Of a stretch of DNA of 64,000 nucleotides, positions 27,624-37,511 are shown piece after piece (within the stretch, counting starts at the first letter, position 1; each line of letters opens with the position of its first letter). The DNA is taken from IMG/VR virus record IMGVR_UViG_3300027749_000042. One strand, given 5' to 3'. The notes under the pieces are model-generated. The model was not told the DNA's origin. It saw nothing but the letters and a program-made list of their open reading frames with translations, and searched no databases. Position numbers and translations under genes: made by a program. The DNA is from a virus.

Positions 27624-30152
27624 ATGAGCAAATTTTACACCAATGCGATGCAGTTCGGCAACAACATCTTGGTTCGCGGTTACGACCGCGGGCTACAGTT
27701 CAACGAAAAGATTCCCTACAAGCCCACGATGTTTGTCCAGTCAAAGCATGAAAATGCAAGCTGGACCGACATTCGTGGGCTTTCGCTTGAGCCAATCCAA
27801 TTTGAATCCATCAATGAAGCTAAAGACTTTCTCAAGCAATATGAAGACGTGACCAATTTCAATATCTTTGGTCTACAGCGGTTCGTCTACACATACCTCA
27901 ATGAGGAATATCCAACCGATGTGCCATATGATCGTGACCAAATCAAGGTTGCATATCTCGATATCGAGGTGAGTTCTGAGAATGGTTTTCCTGCGGTTGA
28001 GCGAGCATCCGATACTGTCACAGCTATCACGTTGAAGAAAGGCCCGATCTTTCATGTGTTTGGTCTCAAGCCATACACACCAACTCGCAATGATGTTTTC
28101 TACCATCACTGTGTCAACGAAAAAGAATTGCTCATTCGATTCCTGAGTGAGTGGGCACACGATGGTCATCCTGATATCGTTACTGGTTGGAATATTACCA
28201 TGTTTGATATTCCGTATCTCGTCAAGCGTATGACAACAGTTATTGGTGAAAGCGAAATGAAGCGCCTCTCGCCATGGAAAAATATTCGCGACAGGCAAAT
28301 TCGCACACTCAATAAGGTGCAGGTTGCATATGATATTGGTGGTGTGGCTACACTTGATTACCTTGAGATGTATAAGAAATTCACATACTCTCAGCAGGAA
28401 TCATATCGTCTCGACCATATTGCATTCGTTGAACTTGGTGAGAAGAAACTAGATCACTCTGAATTCGAGACACTTCACGAATTCTACATGAAAGATCATA
28501 CCAAGTTTATTGACTATAATATCATCGACGTGGAACTTATCGTGAAGATGGACGATAAGATGAAACTAATTGATATGGCTCTCGCGCTCGCGTATGACGC
28601 GAAGGTTACCATCGCGGACGTGTTCACGCAGGTGCGTATGTGGGATGTTATCACGCACAACCATTTGTGGAAGAAGAGAATCGCAGTACCACTTGATGGT
28701 GGTGGTAGCAAAGATGAAGTATTTGTTGGCGCATATGTGAAAGACCCGCAAGTTGGTTCACACTCATGGGTTATGTCTTTTGATTTGAACAGCCTATATC
28801 CGCATTTGATTATGCAGTATAACATTTCACCTGAAACCATTCATGTGAACGCGAAAGGCTATGCAATCAAAGCAGACGTTACGATTGATGGTCTGCTTGC
28901 TGGTAATATGCCAGAAGTGCCTGATGGTTATGGCCTTGCTGCGAATGGTTGTTTCTTTAGCAAAGCGAAGCAAGGGTTCTTGCCTACGATTATGCAACGC
29001 ATGTACAATGACCGTGTGGTATATAAGGACAAGATGATCCTTGCTCAAAAGGCCTACGAGAACGCAAAGACGGAAGCAGAGAAAAAGCAGGCCGTCAAAG
29101 ATATCTCACGCTATAAGAATATGCAGCTTGCGAAGAAGGTGCAGTTGAACTCCGCATATGGTGCTATTGGTAATCAGCATTTCCGTTTCTTCGATATTGA
29201 CCAAGCTACCGCTATCACTCTTGGTGGACAACTATCAATTCGTTGGGCTGAAAATGAAATGAATAAGTATCTCAACAAATTATTGAAGACGGAGGATTAT
29301 GATTATGTTATTGCGTCTGATACAGATTCGCTTTATATTAGCTTTGATAAATTGGTACATAGCGTCTTTGAAAAGAGAATTGAGGTTGAAGGGCTTACTC
29401 CGGAACTCAAAGAAAAGATCATTAACTTTCTTGATAAGGTGGCTAGTGATAAAATGGAACCAGTTATTGATCGCATCTATCAGGATCTTGCTGAACGTAT
29501 GTGTGCCTTCCAGCAAAAAATGAATATGAAGCGCGAAGTCATTGCAGACCGTGGCATCTGGACCGCGAAGAAGCGATACATTCTCAATGTCCATGATTCC
29601 GAAGGTGTGCGCTATGCTAAGCCAAAACTAAAGATCATGGGTATGGAAGCTGTGAAATCCTCAACACCAGCAGCTTGCCGCACGGCTATTAAAGATGTTC
29701 TTAACATCGTTATGACACAGAGCGAAGATGACCTGCATAGGTACATTGAAAAGTTCCGTAAAGAGTTTCGCAAGTTACCATTTGAAGATGTTGCATTTCC
29801 TCGCAGTGTCCAGAACCTCACTAAATATCAGTACGAGACAAAAAGCGTTCCCATGCATGTGCGTGGTGCTATCGTATTCAATAAGAAGCTGCAACAGATG
29901 AAGCTTCAGAAAAAGTATGAGCAAATCAAAGACGGTGAGAAGATCCGCTTTGCTTACATGAAGATGCCAAATCCTATTCATGAGAATGTGATTGCCGTAA
30001 TCTCTCAGTTGCCACCTGAGTTTAAATTAAACGCATATATTGACTATGATATGCAATTTGATAAGGCATTTCTCGATCCACTTCGCACTATTCTTAACAC
30101 CATTAATTGGCACACCGAAAAACAATCCACACTGGAGGCATTCTTCACATGA
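27624..30152 (+). CDS. gp43: Family B DNA polymerase gp43
   Basis: Exo DIEV, SFDLNSLYPH, KVQLNSAYGAIG, SDTDS, KKRY; no intein seen. Confidence 0.99.
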   Translation: MSKFYTNAMQFGNNILVRGYDRGLQFNEKIPYKPTMFVQSKHENASWTDIRGLSLEPIQFESINEAKDFLKQYEDVTNFNIFGLQRFVYTYLNEEYPTDVPYDRDQIKVAYLDIEVSSENGFPAVERASDTVTAITLKKGPIFHVFGLKPYTPTRNDVFYHHCVNEKELLIRFLSEWAHDGHPDIVTGWNITMFDIPYLVKRMTTVIGESEMKRLSPWKNIRDRQIRTLNKVQVAYDIGGVATLDYLEMYKKFTYSQQESYRLDHIAFVELGEKKLDHSEFETLHEFYMKDHTKFIDYNIIDVELIVKMDDKMKLIDMALALAYDAKVTIADVFTQVRMWDVITHNHLWKKRIAVPLDGGGSKDEVFVGAYVKDPQVGSHSWVMSFDLNSLYPHLIMQYNISPETIHVNAKGYAIKADVTIDGLLAGNMPEVPDGYGLAANGCFFSKAKQGFLPTIMQRMYNDRVVYKDKMILAQKAYENAKTEAEKKQAVKDISRYKNMQLAKKVQLNSAYGAIGNQHFRFFDIDQATAITLGGQLSIRWAENEMNKYLNKLLKTEDYDYVIASDTDSLYISFDKLVHSVFEKRIEVEGLTPELKEKIINFLDKVASDKMEPVIDRIYQDLAERMCAFQQKMNMKREVIADRGIWTAKKRYILNVHDSEGVRYAKPKLKIMGMEAVKSSTPAACRTAIKDVLNIVMTQSEDDLHRYIEKFRKEFRKLPFEDVAFPRSVQNLTKYQYETKSVPMHVRGAIVFNKKLQQMKLQKKYEQIKDGEKIRFAYMKMPNPIHENVIAVISQLPPEFKLNAYIDYDMQFDKAFLDPLRTILNTINWHTEKQSTLEAFFT

Positions 30153-30364
30153 AAGACGACGAATACGATTTTGGCTTTACATTTTCTGACACCGAAGAAA
30201 TTAAAAGTCAGGCTGTTGACAAGGCAGAAGGCTTGCGTAAGATGATTATGCCATTGCTGAATAACTTGATGAAGAATCCTGAAAAGGATACCATCGTATG
30301 GCCTAACCGCGATAAGACAATCAAGACTTTCATCAAGAAGATGGACGACTACATGAAGTCTTGA
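30149..30364 (+). CDS. Conserved hypothetical protein
   Basis: YDFGFT...PLLNNLMKNPEKDTIVWPNR. Confidence 0.7.
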   Translation: MKDDEYDFGFTFSDTEEIKSQAVDKAEGLRKMIMPLLNNLMKNPEKDTIVWPNRDKTIKTFIKKMDDYMKS

Positions 30365-30410
30365 CAATCTCATATAACTGTGATATGATGTTTATATTAA
30401 TGGAGGTACT

Positions 30411-31463
30411 ATGTCACTAAAAGATAAGCTAATTAAAAATTCCACAATCGCTTTCACGTCCACATTGGCTGATAGCAAAATCTTCGCGAAGAAGGATATG
30501 ATTCCTACTTCTGTTCCCATGATTAACGTAGCACTATCTGGTAGCGTTGATGGTGGTATCGTACCAGGGCTTACCATGCTTGCTGGTCCGTCAAAGCATT
30601 TCAAGACTGGTTTTGCTTTGCTTATGGCTTCATCGTTTCTAAAGAAGTATCCTGATGGTATCGTACTGTTTTATGATTCTGAGTTTGGTACTCCTCAGTC
30701 TTATTTTGAAACATTTGGTATTCCGTTTGATAGTGTGGTGCATACACCGATCACTGATATCGAGGAACTAAAGTTTGATATCATGCAGCAGATTGGCGCT
30801 ATCACCCGCGAGGAGCATGTGATGATTGTCATCGACTCTATTGGTAATTTGGCTTCGAAGAAAGAAGTGGAAGATGCTAAAGATGGCAAGTCGGTCGCTG
30901 ATATGTCTAGAGCAAAGCAGTTGAAGTCTTTGTTCCGTATGATTACACCACACCTGACGCTCAAGGATATGCCTATGATCGTCGTCAATCACACTTATAA
31001 AGAAATTGGCTTGTATCCCAAGGATATCGTTGGTGGTGGTACTGGCTCGTACTATTCATCCGATGCTATTTGGATTCTTGGTCGTCAGCAAGACAAGGAC
31101 GGCACTGAGATCCAAGGCTATCATTTCGTTATCAATGTTGAGAAGTCGCGCTATGTCAAAGAAAAGTCCAAGATTCCAATTACCGTCTCTTTCGAAGGTG
31201 GTATTAATCGTTGGTCAGGCCTCCTTGATGTTGCTCTCGACGGCGGTTATATTATTAAGCCTAAGAATGGATGGTATGCAACAGTCGATAAGGAAACTGG
31301 AGAAGTCCATACTCCAAACTTCCGAGCAGGAGATATTGTCAACAACAAAGAGTTCTGGTTGAAGATGTTCAAGGAAACGGATTTCTCTCAGTACATTGAA
31401 AGCAAGTACAAGATGGCTATGGGTGCTATCATGGAAGACAGCGGTGATGACGATGCCGAATAA
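30411..31463 (+). CDS. uvsX: RecA-like recombinase UvsX
   Basis: AGPSKHFKT, FYDSEFG, IDSIGNLASKKE, VVNHTY; promoter 30361-30389. Confidence 0.97.
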   Translation: MSLKDKLIKNSTIAFTSTLADSKIFAKKDMIPTSVPMINVALSGSVDGGIVPGLTMLAGPSKHFKTGFALLMASSFLKKYPDGIVLFYDSEFGTPQSYFETFGIPFDSVVHTPITDIEELKFDIMQQIGAITREEHVMIVIDSIGNLASKKEVEDAKDGKSVADMSRAKQLKSLFRMITPHLTLKDMPMIVVNHTYKEIGLYPKDIVGGGTGSYYSSDAIWILGRQQDKDGTEIQGYHFVINVEKSRYVKEKSKIPITVSFEGGINRWSGLLDVALDGGYIIKPKNGWYATVDKETGEVHTPNFRAGDIVNNKEFWLKMFKETDFSQYIESKYKMAMGAIMEDSGDDDAE

Positions 31464-31827
31464 TGTTATTGACAATCCCGTTGCACCACGATATACTCAC
31501 TTAGATCATCCAAGCGTACAGAATTTCACATGCATCCATGTTCAAGATGGTGAGTTCGAAGGTTTGGTTTATCACTATGAGAATTTAAAGATTGGCGCAC
31601 CAGATGATGAAGGTGCATTGCTCACATTCAATTACCATATTGTTGAGGGTTCAACACCAGAAGATCCTGAAGTGAAGCGCCGTATGGAAGATGTTATTGC
31701 TTCCATCATTTATCATATTTTATCTGACAGTGTAGGAAAGATTGGATCCGATGAGAATAGAACAGACAATCCTGAAGAACTTGGTACACAACGAGGACTT
31801 CGCACGGAAGACCCTTCCGTTTCTTAA
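31453..31827 (+). CDS. Hypothetical protein at the gp40 position
   Basis: Between uvsX and gp41, overlapping both. Confidence 0.6.
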   Translation: MPNNVIDNPVAPRYTHLDHPSVQNFTCIHVQDGEFEGLVYHYENLKIGAPDDEGALLTFNYHIVEGSTPEDPEVKRRMEDVIASIIYHILSDSVGKIGSDENRTDNPEELGTQRGLRTEDPSVS

Positions 31828-33172
31828 AGACGAATATTTTACCAATGGTAGTGAACGCGCGGTATTCCTGCGCGTTCATGAATTTATAATGAAGTACAAT
31901 TCTCGTCCGACACGCGAGGCTTTGGCAGTTGAGTTGGACAATGCAATCAACATGCCTGAGGAAGAACATAAGCGGGCTCTTGAGGTAGTTGCTAATCTAA
32001 GCGAACCAGAACCAACCGATATTCAATGGTTACTTGATAACACCGAGAAGTTTTGTCAAGAGAAGGCTGTCCATAACGCTATCATGGAAAGCATTACCAT
32101 TCTTGATGGTAAAGATAAGAACCGCTCGTCTAGTAGCATTCCTGAGATCCTATCAGAGGCCCTTGGTGTGTCTTTTGATTCTCATGTTGGTCACGATTTC
32201 ATCGAGGACTTCGGTGAGCGATATGATTTCTACCATCGCGTAGAAGAAAAGATTCCGTTTGATCTAGGTTTGATGAACGATATCACTCGTGGTGGTCTAT
32301 CTCGTAAGTCTCTCAACATCATCCTCGCTGGCACCGGTGCTGGTAAAACTTTGATGATGTGCCACTTCGCAGCAAATAATCTTGCGTCTGGTAAGAATGT
32401 TCTCTATATCACGATGGAAATGGCCGAAGAGAAGATTGCAGAGCGCATTGATGCCAACCTGCTGAATGTGCCACTAGAAGACCTTGGGCAGCTACCGCGT
32501 GATATGTACGAAAAGAAGATTGAACGCCTTCGTGCGAAGACAACTGGCAAGCTTATCATCAAGGAGTATCCTACCGCGTCCGCACACGCGGGTCATTTTA
32601 GGCATCTTCTGAATGAGCTAAATCTAAAGCGAAATTTTATGCCAGATATCATCTATATTGATTACCTGAATATCTGCATGTCCGCACGAATCAAGCCTGG
32701 TGCAAATGTGAATAGTTATACATACATTAAGGCTATTGCAGAAGAGCTTCGTGGCCTTGCGGTAGAGAAAAATCTACCCATCGTATCAGCCACACAGACA
32801 ACCAGGTCTGGCTATACTTCAAGCGACCCTGGGCTTGAAGATACATCCGAGTCGTTTGGTCTACCAGCTACAGCCGACTTTATGATTGCTCTTATCCGTA
32901 CCGAAGACGCAGACGAGCGTGGGCAGGTAATGGTAAAGCAATTGAAGAACCGTTATGCTGATCCAGCTATCAATAAGAGGTTCATGCTCGGCATCGACAG
33001 AACCAAAATGCGTCTTTTTGATGCTGAGAATAGCGCACAGGATGACCTGATTGATGATAGTCGTGGTGGTAAGACCAAGCGGTCTGATTCTGTAATGGAC
33101 AACTCTAAGTTTGGTATGGAAGACCGTGAGCGTACCAAACCAAAGTCAAAGTTTGGTAATTTCAAATTCTAA
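31751..33172 (+). CDS. gp41: Replicative helicase gp41
   Basis: AGTGAGKT, YITMEMAEEKIAERID, IDYLNI, SATQTTR, QLKNRY. Confidence 0.97.
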   Translation: MRIEQTILKNLVHNEDFARKTLPFLKDEYFTNGSERAVFLRVHEFIMKYNSRPTREALAVELDNAINMPEEEHKRALEVVANLSEPEPTDIQWLLDNTEKFCQEKAVHNAIMESITILDGKDKNRSSSSIPEILSEALGVSFDSHVGHDFIEDFGERYDFYHRVEEKIPFDLGLMNDITRGGLSRKSLNIILAGTGAGKTLMMCHFAANNLASGKNVLYITMEMAEEKIAERIDANLLNVPLEDLGQLPRDMYEKKIERLRAKTTGKLIIKEYPTASAHAGHFRHLLNELNLKRNFMPDIIYIDYLNICMSARIKPGANVNSYTYIKAIAEELRGLAVEKNLPIVSATQTTRSGYTSSDPGLEDTSESFGLPATADFMIALIRTEDADERGQVMVKQLKNRYADPAINKRFMLGIDRTKMRLFDAENSAQDDLIDDSRGGKTKRSDSVMDNSKFGMEDRERTKPKSKFGNFKF

Positions 33173-33202
33173 ATAGATATTCGACGGCTGGAGAATTAAG
33201 TA

Positions 33203-33430
33203 ATGCAGATTAAGATGTTCACAAAGGACGTGTGCAGTTATTGTGCTGCGGCCAAAGATTTCTTCAACGACCGCCATCTTGAGTTCACCGAGTTTAAGAT
33301 TGGCAAACATATTACCCGTGAAGATTTCGTTAAGCAGTATCCTGACTATCGTACAGTACCGCAGATTTTTATCAATGACGAACATGTTGGTGGTTACGAC
33401 GATTTAGTTAAGGATCCTAGATTTAAATAG
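33203..33430 (+). CDS. Glutaredoxin (NrdC-like)
   Basis: CSYC, TVPQIF, GGYDD. Confidence 0.92.
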   Translation: MQIKMFTKDVCSYCAAAKDFFNDRHLEFTEFKIGKHITREDFVKQYPDYRTVPQIFINDEHVGGYDDLVKDPRFK

Positions 33431-33439
33431 GAGACTAAA

Positions 33440-34282
33440 ATGTTAAAAACAACCATGGCTATACTCATGTTGGTGTTCTTGTGTAACACCGCAGAAGCCG
33501 AACCAAAGAAGAAAGTTTCAGCGAAGACCGCGGAACGCTACTGCAACCTAAGCGTACAAGACAGGTACGCGCATCTTGCAAAATTCTGCAAGCAGTTACA
33601 AGCAAAGAAGGTAGTTCCAGCTGCGGCTGTTGTTGCGTCTACATATGATGACGACACGCCTGCAAATTTCTTTAGACAGGATAGGGAGAGAGCCGAAGCA
33701 TCACAGTTTTTTGCTGGTTGGCAAAAGCTAGATGCACCACCGGTAGAGCATAAGAAGCCTAAAGCTAAACCGGTAATGGCTGTTATTGATTTGAATACCG
33801 AGCTTCCTAAGGGTAGCACCACACTATCTCAGTCGCACCACGAACAACCTGTGCGCCGTGAAAATCCACGCCCTATGTTTGCACCAGAGCCAGTGCGGAT
33901 CGCAAGAGAGTGGGAAGGACTAAATGTGAGAAAGGATCGTTCCGATCTTACCAAATTATTGTCAGTAGATCCAGGTCGTATTCCATGGTGTGCAGCTTTC
34001 GCAAATGCGGTATTAAACAAGGCTGGATACCAGGGCACAGGTTCTCTAATGGCACGAAGCTTTTTAGGGTACGGAATTCCTACTACATATCCAAGAGAAG
34101 GTGATATTGCGGTGTTCTCACGAGGCAAGAATAGCTCGGCAGGCCATGTTGGATTCTATGTCGGTGAGGAAACATTAGATGGTGTTAGATACATCAAGGT
34201 TCTTGGTGGTAACCAGAACAAAGAAGTTAGCGTAGCTTACTACCCAGCAAACAAGCTGCTGGGCTACAGAAAATTGGGCTAG
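33440..34282 (+). CDS. TIGR02594-family NlpC/P60-like protein with N-terminal signal peptide
   Basis: PWCAAF, SLMARSFL, GDIAVF, GHVGF, VLGGNQ; hydrophobic N-terminus ending AEA. Confidence 0.8.
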   Translation: MLKTTMAILMLVFLCNTAEAEPKKKVSAKTAERYCNLSVQDRYAHLAKFCKQLQAKKVVPAAAVVASTYDDDTPANFFRQDRERAEASQFFAGWQKLDAPPVEHKKPKAKPVMAVIDLNTELPKGSTTLSQSHHEQPVRRENPRPMFAPEPVRIAREWEGLNVRKDRSDLTKLLSVDPGRIPWCAAFANAVLNKAGYQGTGSLMARSFLGYGIPTTYPREGDIAVFSRGKNSSAGHVGFYVGEETLDGVRYIKVLGGNQNKEVSVAYYPANKLLGYRKLG

Positions 34283-34314
34283 CATACAAGGAGGTGCCTT
34301 TTATTATGTTAGTC

Positions 34315-34344
34315 AGGGGGGAGCAATAACGCTTCCCCCTTTTT
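34315..34344 (+). terminator. Rho-independent terminator
   Basis: G-rich/C-rich stem GGGGGAGC...GCTTCCCCC followed by a T-run. Confidence 0.7.
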
Positions 34345-34367
34345 CGTTTTATTATAAATAGGATACG

Positions 34368-34976
34368 ATGCTAAAATTCCGCGAGTTCATAGCTGAGGAT
34401 GTTTCTGGTAGTCTGTCGGTGTTTGACATTGACGATACGCTATTCAGCACCACGACACAAGTCCTCGTCAGAAAAGGTGGCAAGGTTGTTGAGAAATTGA
34501 CACCAGCCGAGTTCAATGTGTATGCGTTAAAACCTGGTGAGGAATTTGACTTCGCTCAATTCCGATCATCTAAGGTGTTCGCTGATACCGCAAAGCCAAT
34601 TGAGACGGTATTCAAGACGGCTAAGAAAATGATTAGCAGATTCCGTGCGCATCCTAACAAGCGTATTATCATCTGTACCGCTCGCGCGGATCTAGACGAT
34701 AAGAAGCTGTTCCTTGATACGTTTAAAAAGTATGGCTTTGATATCACGCAGGTGCATGTGTATCGCGCAGGCAATATTAAAGCCCCAGGTGCAGAAGCCA
34801 AAAAGCAAATTGTTCGTGACCAACTAAAAGCTGGCAAGTATCAGGTCGCTAGAATGTTTGATGATGCTAAGGCCAATCTGGACAAGTTCATTGAACTGCA
34901 TACCGAATTTCCAAAGATTAATTTTGAAGCATTCCTAATCCACGAAGATGGAAGAATAACCCGCTACAACGGATAA
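34368..34976 (+). CDS. HAD-superfamily phosphatase with capsid-targeting-like N-terminus
   Basis: FDIDDTL (motif I), CTAR (II), K (III), MFDD (IV); starts MLKFREFIAE; late promoter 34353-34360. Confidence 0.8.
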   Translation: MLKFREFIAEDVSGSLSVFDIDDTLFSTTTQVLVRKGGKVVEKLTPAEFNVYALKPGEEFDFAQFRSSKVFADTAKPIETVFKTAKKMISRFRAHPNKRIIICTARADLDDKKLFLDTFKKYGFDITQVHVYRAGNIKAPGAEAKKQIVRDQLKAGKYQVARMFDDAKANLDKFIELHTEFPKINFEAFLIHEDGRITRYNG

Positions 34977-34992
34977 CAAGAAAGGTATAAGC

Positions 34993-35379
34993 ATGACATA
35001 TATTCTAACACCAAACGGTCGTAGACCAATTGTTTCTATCAATGAATCTGCTGAGCAGGTAAATGATACCGAAATGGACATTGATTTTGATGTAGAACAC
35101 TTCCTTGATTATGTTATGGAAAATTTCCCTGAGCTAACCGAAAAGTACATTGAAGAAAACTACGAGCAGGTAGATGAGCTATCAAGAAAGACACTTGGTT
35201 CATATGCTTACAAGGCAGACAATCAGCTTGGTAAAGTTGATGCAACTGGTCCTAGTCACAAGGCTGGTATTCCAAGTCATTACAGAGGCAAGAACAAGGA
35301 ACTTGGTAAAGATCCTGTGGATAAGATGAGAGCTAGAAAAGCAGGTATCAAGCTTGCAGTTAAAAAGTTGGATAGATGA
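34993..35379 (+). CDS. Putative internal head protein
   Basis: Contains EQVDELSRKTLGSY module shared with 41107-42855. Confidence 0.55.
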   Translation: MTYILTPNGRRPIVSINESAEQVNDTEMDIDFDVEHFLDYVMENFPELTEKYIEENYEQVDELSRKTLGSYAYKADNQLGKVDATGPSHKAGIPSHYRGKNKELGKDPVDKMRARKAGIKLAVKKLDR

Positions 35380-35392
35380 GGTATAATGGCAA

Positions 35393-36196
35393 ATGGCAAA
35401 TAAAGGTTTACAATTTGAATGGTGCATCTACCATCTCGTAGCTAAAGTGGATCCTAAAAAATTTGCTAACGATGCAAATGCCAAAACAGCCAAGGCCAAT
35501 TACGCCACGGCTGATGCAGATGTAAAAAAAGATGCCGAATATGCTATCGTTATGATACAAAAAGCGTATGGTAAAATCAAAGATATCGAAAAAACATCTG
35601 GTGGTGGGGTAGAACCGAAAACTGATCTATATATTACATGCGCTAAGAAAGCAATCAAATGCTCTCTAAAGCATGGTGGTTCTATTCAACTATCATCTGG
35701 TGGTATTAAAACGACAGTAAAATTTCTCAATGGTGTATTGAAGAATGTGTCAAAGAAGCCTGGGTATGACGCTAAAAAAATCAAATCAATAATGTCTGTT
35801 CTAGCTGAATTAGATGAGGGATATGGTGATCTTGGGAAAATGCGTAGAACACAAGCTGACGTTGTGTTAGGGAAAGCACAGCGATACAATGACCTTCTTC
35901 AAAATATTTTAGGATCTGGTAAAAATCCTGTGGTTTCAAAAGAGTATGAAAAAATAAAATTAGCTATTATTGAAGAAGCGATAACAGGGAAATACACTTT
36001 TGGTGCAACATCAAAATTGGCAGCAGATCATATCTTATCCGACAAAAAACTAGAATTGGTTACACCAGCACTCATCAAAACCGTTTCAGATAAAACTTCA
36101 GTTAGAATTAGACTTAAGGGTCGTGGTAAAGAAATGGTTGCCGGTAAAGAAGTTAGATTGAATGAAGTGGTAGTTAGCTTTGACACTAAAGCGTAG
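35393..36196 (+). CDS. Hypothetical, possible PD-(D/E)xK-type nuclease
   Basis: Early Glu helix, EPKTDLY...KCSLK pattern; basic and AT-rich. Confidence 0.5.
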   Translation: MANKGLQFEWCIYHLVAKVDPKKFANDANAKTAKANYATADADVKKDAEYAIVMIQKAYGKIKDIEKTSGGGVEPKTDLYITCAKKAIKCSLKHGGSIQLSSGGIKTTVKFLNGVLKNVSKKPGYDAKKIKSIMSVLAELDEGYGDLGKMRRTQADVVLGKAQRYNDLLQNILGSGKNPVVSKEYEKIKLAIIEEAITGKYTFGATSKLAADHILSDKKLELVTPALIKTVSDKTSVRIRLKGRGKEMVAGKEVRLNEVVVSFDTKA

Positions 36197-36220
36197 TATC
36201 TGACCGGTTACAACATCCTT

Positions 36221-36249
36221 ATTATACCACGACAACACCAATTTGTCAA
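36221..36249 (-). promoter_or_regulatory. Antisense sigma70 promoter (TTGACA-17-TATAAT, extended -10)
   Basis: + strand ATTATA 36221-36226 and TGTCAA 36244-36249. Confidence 0.7.
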
Positions 36250-36253
36250 GTAT

Positions 36254-36261
36254 TATAAATA
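36254..36261 (+). promoter_or_regulatory. T4-type late promoter
   Basis: TATAAATA. Confidence 0.8.
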
Positions 36262-36326
36262 GACAAGCAGAAAGCTAAGGCAGTCCTGCATGGTCGCGGT
36301 TAGGGTACGCCAATCCCGCTAGGAGT

Positions 36327-37511
36327 ATGATGAAAAGTTTCAAGAGCTTCGTGGTAGAAGCTGCGTTTTCGTCTGAGGAAGACAAGTCGCACTATACCCA
36401 CATTGAAGACGAGATTTATGTTTCTGGAAAGAAGTCCATTGCTAAGATCAGTGGTTACTTCCATGACCTCATAAAGGGCATTCCCGAAACTGTAAATCAA
36501 ACTAAGATCGACGGTGCTCCTAGCGTATTTTATGGCTATCAGAATGGTAAGTTCTTCGTAGCGACCAAATCAATCTTCAACAAAGATCCTAAGGTCAATT
36601 TCACTGTTGAGGATATCGAGCGTAATCACGGCCACGCACCAGGGCTTGTAGCTAAACTAAAGCTCGCTCTAGAATATTTCCCATACATTACAAACAACAA
36701 GAATGAGATCCTTCAAGGCGATATGATGTTCGCTAAGGTTGACTTGAAGAAGGTTGACATTGAAGGTGTTCAGCACTGGTTGTTCAAGCCAAACACAGTT
36801 ATCAATGCGGTACCTGTGAACTCGGTGCTTGGTCGTGAGATTGCTAAGTCTGTTGTTGGATTCGCACCACATACCAAGTACAATGCATCTGGTAGTCGCG
36901 TAACCATCCAAGCGCGTGACATGAAGAAAAACTCACATGTGTTCCTGATGCCAATTGACGCACCATCGTTGGATCATGTTGGTCATTTGAAGGCCCATAT
37001 CACAGAGGTCGATAAGCTCCTTGCATCTATACCGGGTGATGCGTTTGCATACATTTCATCCGAAGAGATGAATCCACATTTTCTTGCATATGCCAACTAT
37101 GTGATCCGTAATAACACCGATCAGTCGTATGCTGGTTTCCTTGCGTACATGAAAGAGAAGCTCCAGAAGTTCATTGACAAGGCTGCTAGTGAAAAAGGTA
37201 AAGCTTCAAAGCAGGTGGTATATGATACCATTACCAGCCAAATTGAATCCAATAAAAACCTAATCACAAATGTCCTTGATGTTCACAACAAGCTTGCTGA
37301 TATCAAGGATAAGATCATTGACGAGCTGGACACATATCAGCCTATCCGCAGATATTTTGAGAATGAGTTTGGTGCGTTGATAAAGACAAATCCAGAAGGT
37401 TATGTTCTTCTCGGTAAGCACGGTACTGCAAAGCTAGTCAAGCGCCGCGTATTCAGTATGCAGAACTTTGCTCAGGGTTCATTCAGAAAGGCGGCACCGA
37501 AAGATGAGTAA
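36327..37511 (+). CDS. DUF6267-like protein; ligase-type nucleotidyltransferase motifs
   Basis: THIED, TKIDGAPS (KxDG), FFVATKS, LQGD, EGYVL, KLV; starts MKSFKSFVVE. Confidence 0.7.
   Translation: MMKSFKSFVVEAAFSSEEDKSHYTHIEDEIYVSGKKSIAKISGYFHDLIKGIPETVNQTKIDGAPSVFYGYQNGKFFVATKSIFNKDPKVNFTVEDIERNHGHAPGLVAKLKLALEYFPYITNNKNEILQGDMMFAKVDLKKVDIEGVQHWLFKPNTVINAVPVNSVLGREIAKSVVGFAPHTKYNASGSRVTIQARDMKKNSHVFLMPIDAPSLDHVGHLKAHITEVDKLLASIPGDAFAYISSEEMNPHFLAYANYVIRNNTDQSYAGFLAYMKEKLQKFIDKAASEKGKASKQVVYDTITSQIESNKNLITNVLDVHNKLADIKDKIIDELDTYQPIRRYFENEFGALIKTNPEGYVLLGKHGTAKLVKRRVFSMQNFAQGSFRKAAPKDE

Noticed and set aside
27624-30152. Inteins or introns in gp43 (also checked gp41, nrdJ, uvsW)
   Set aside because: ORFs are continuous and of normal length with no splicing motifs.
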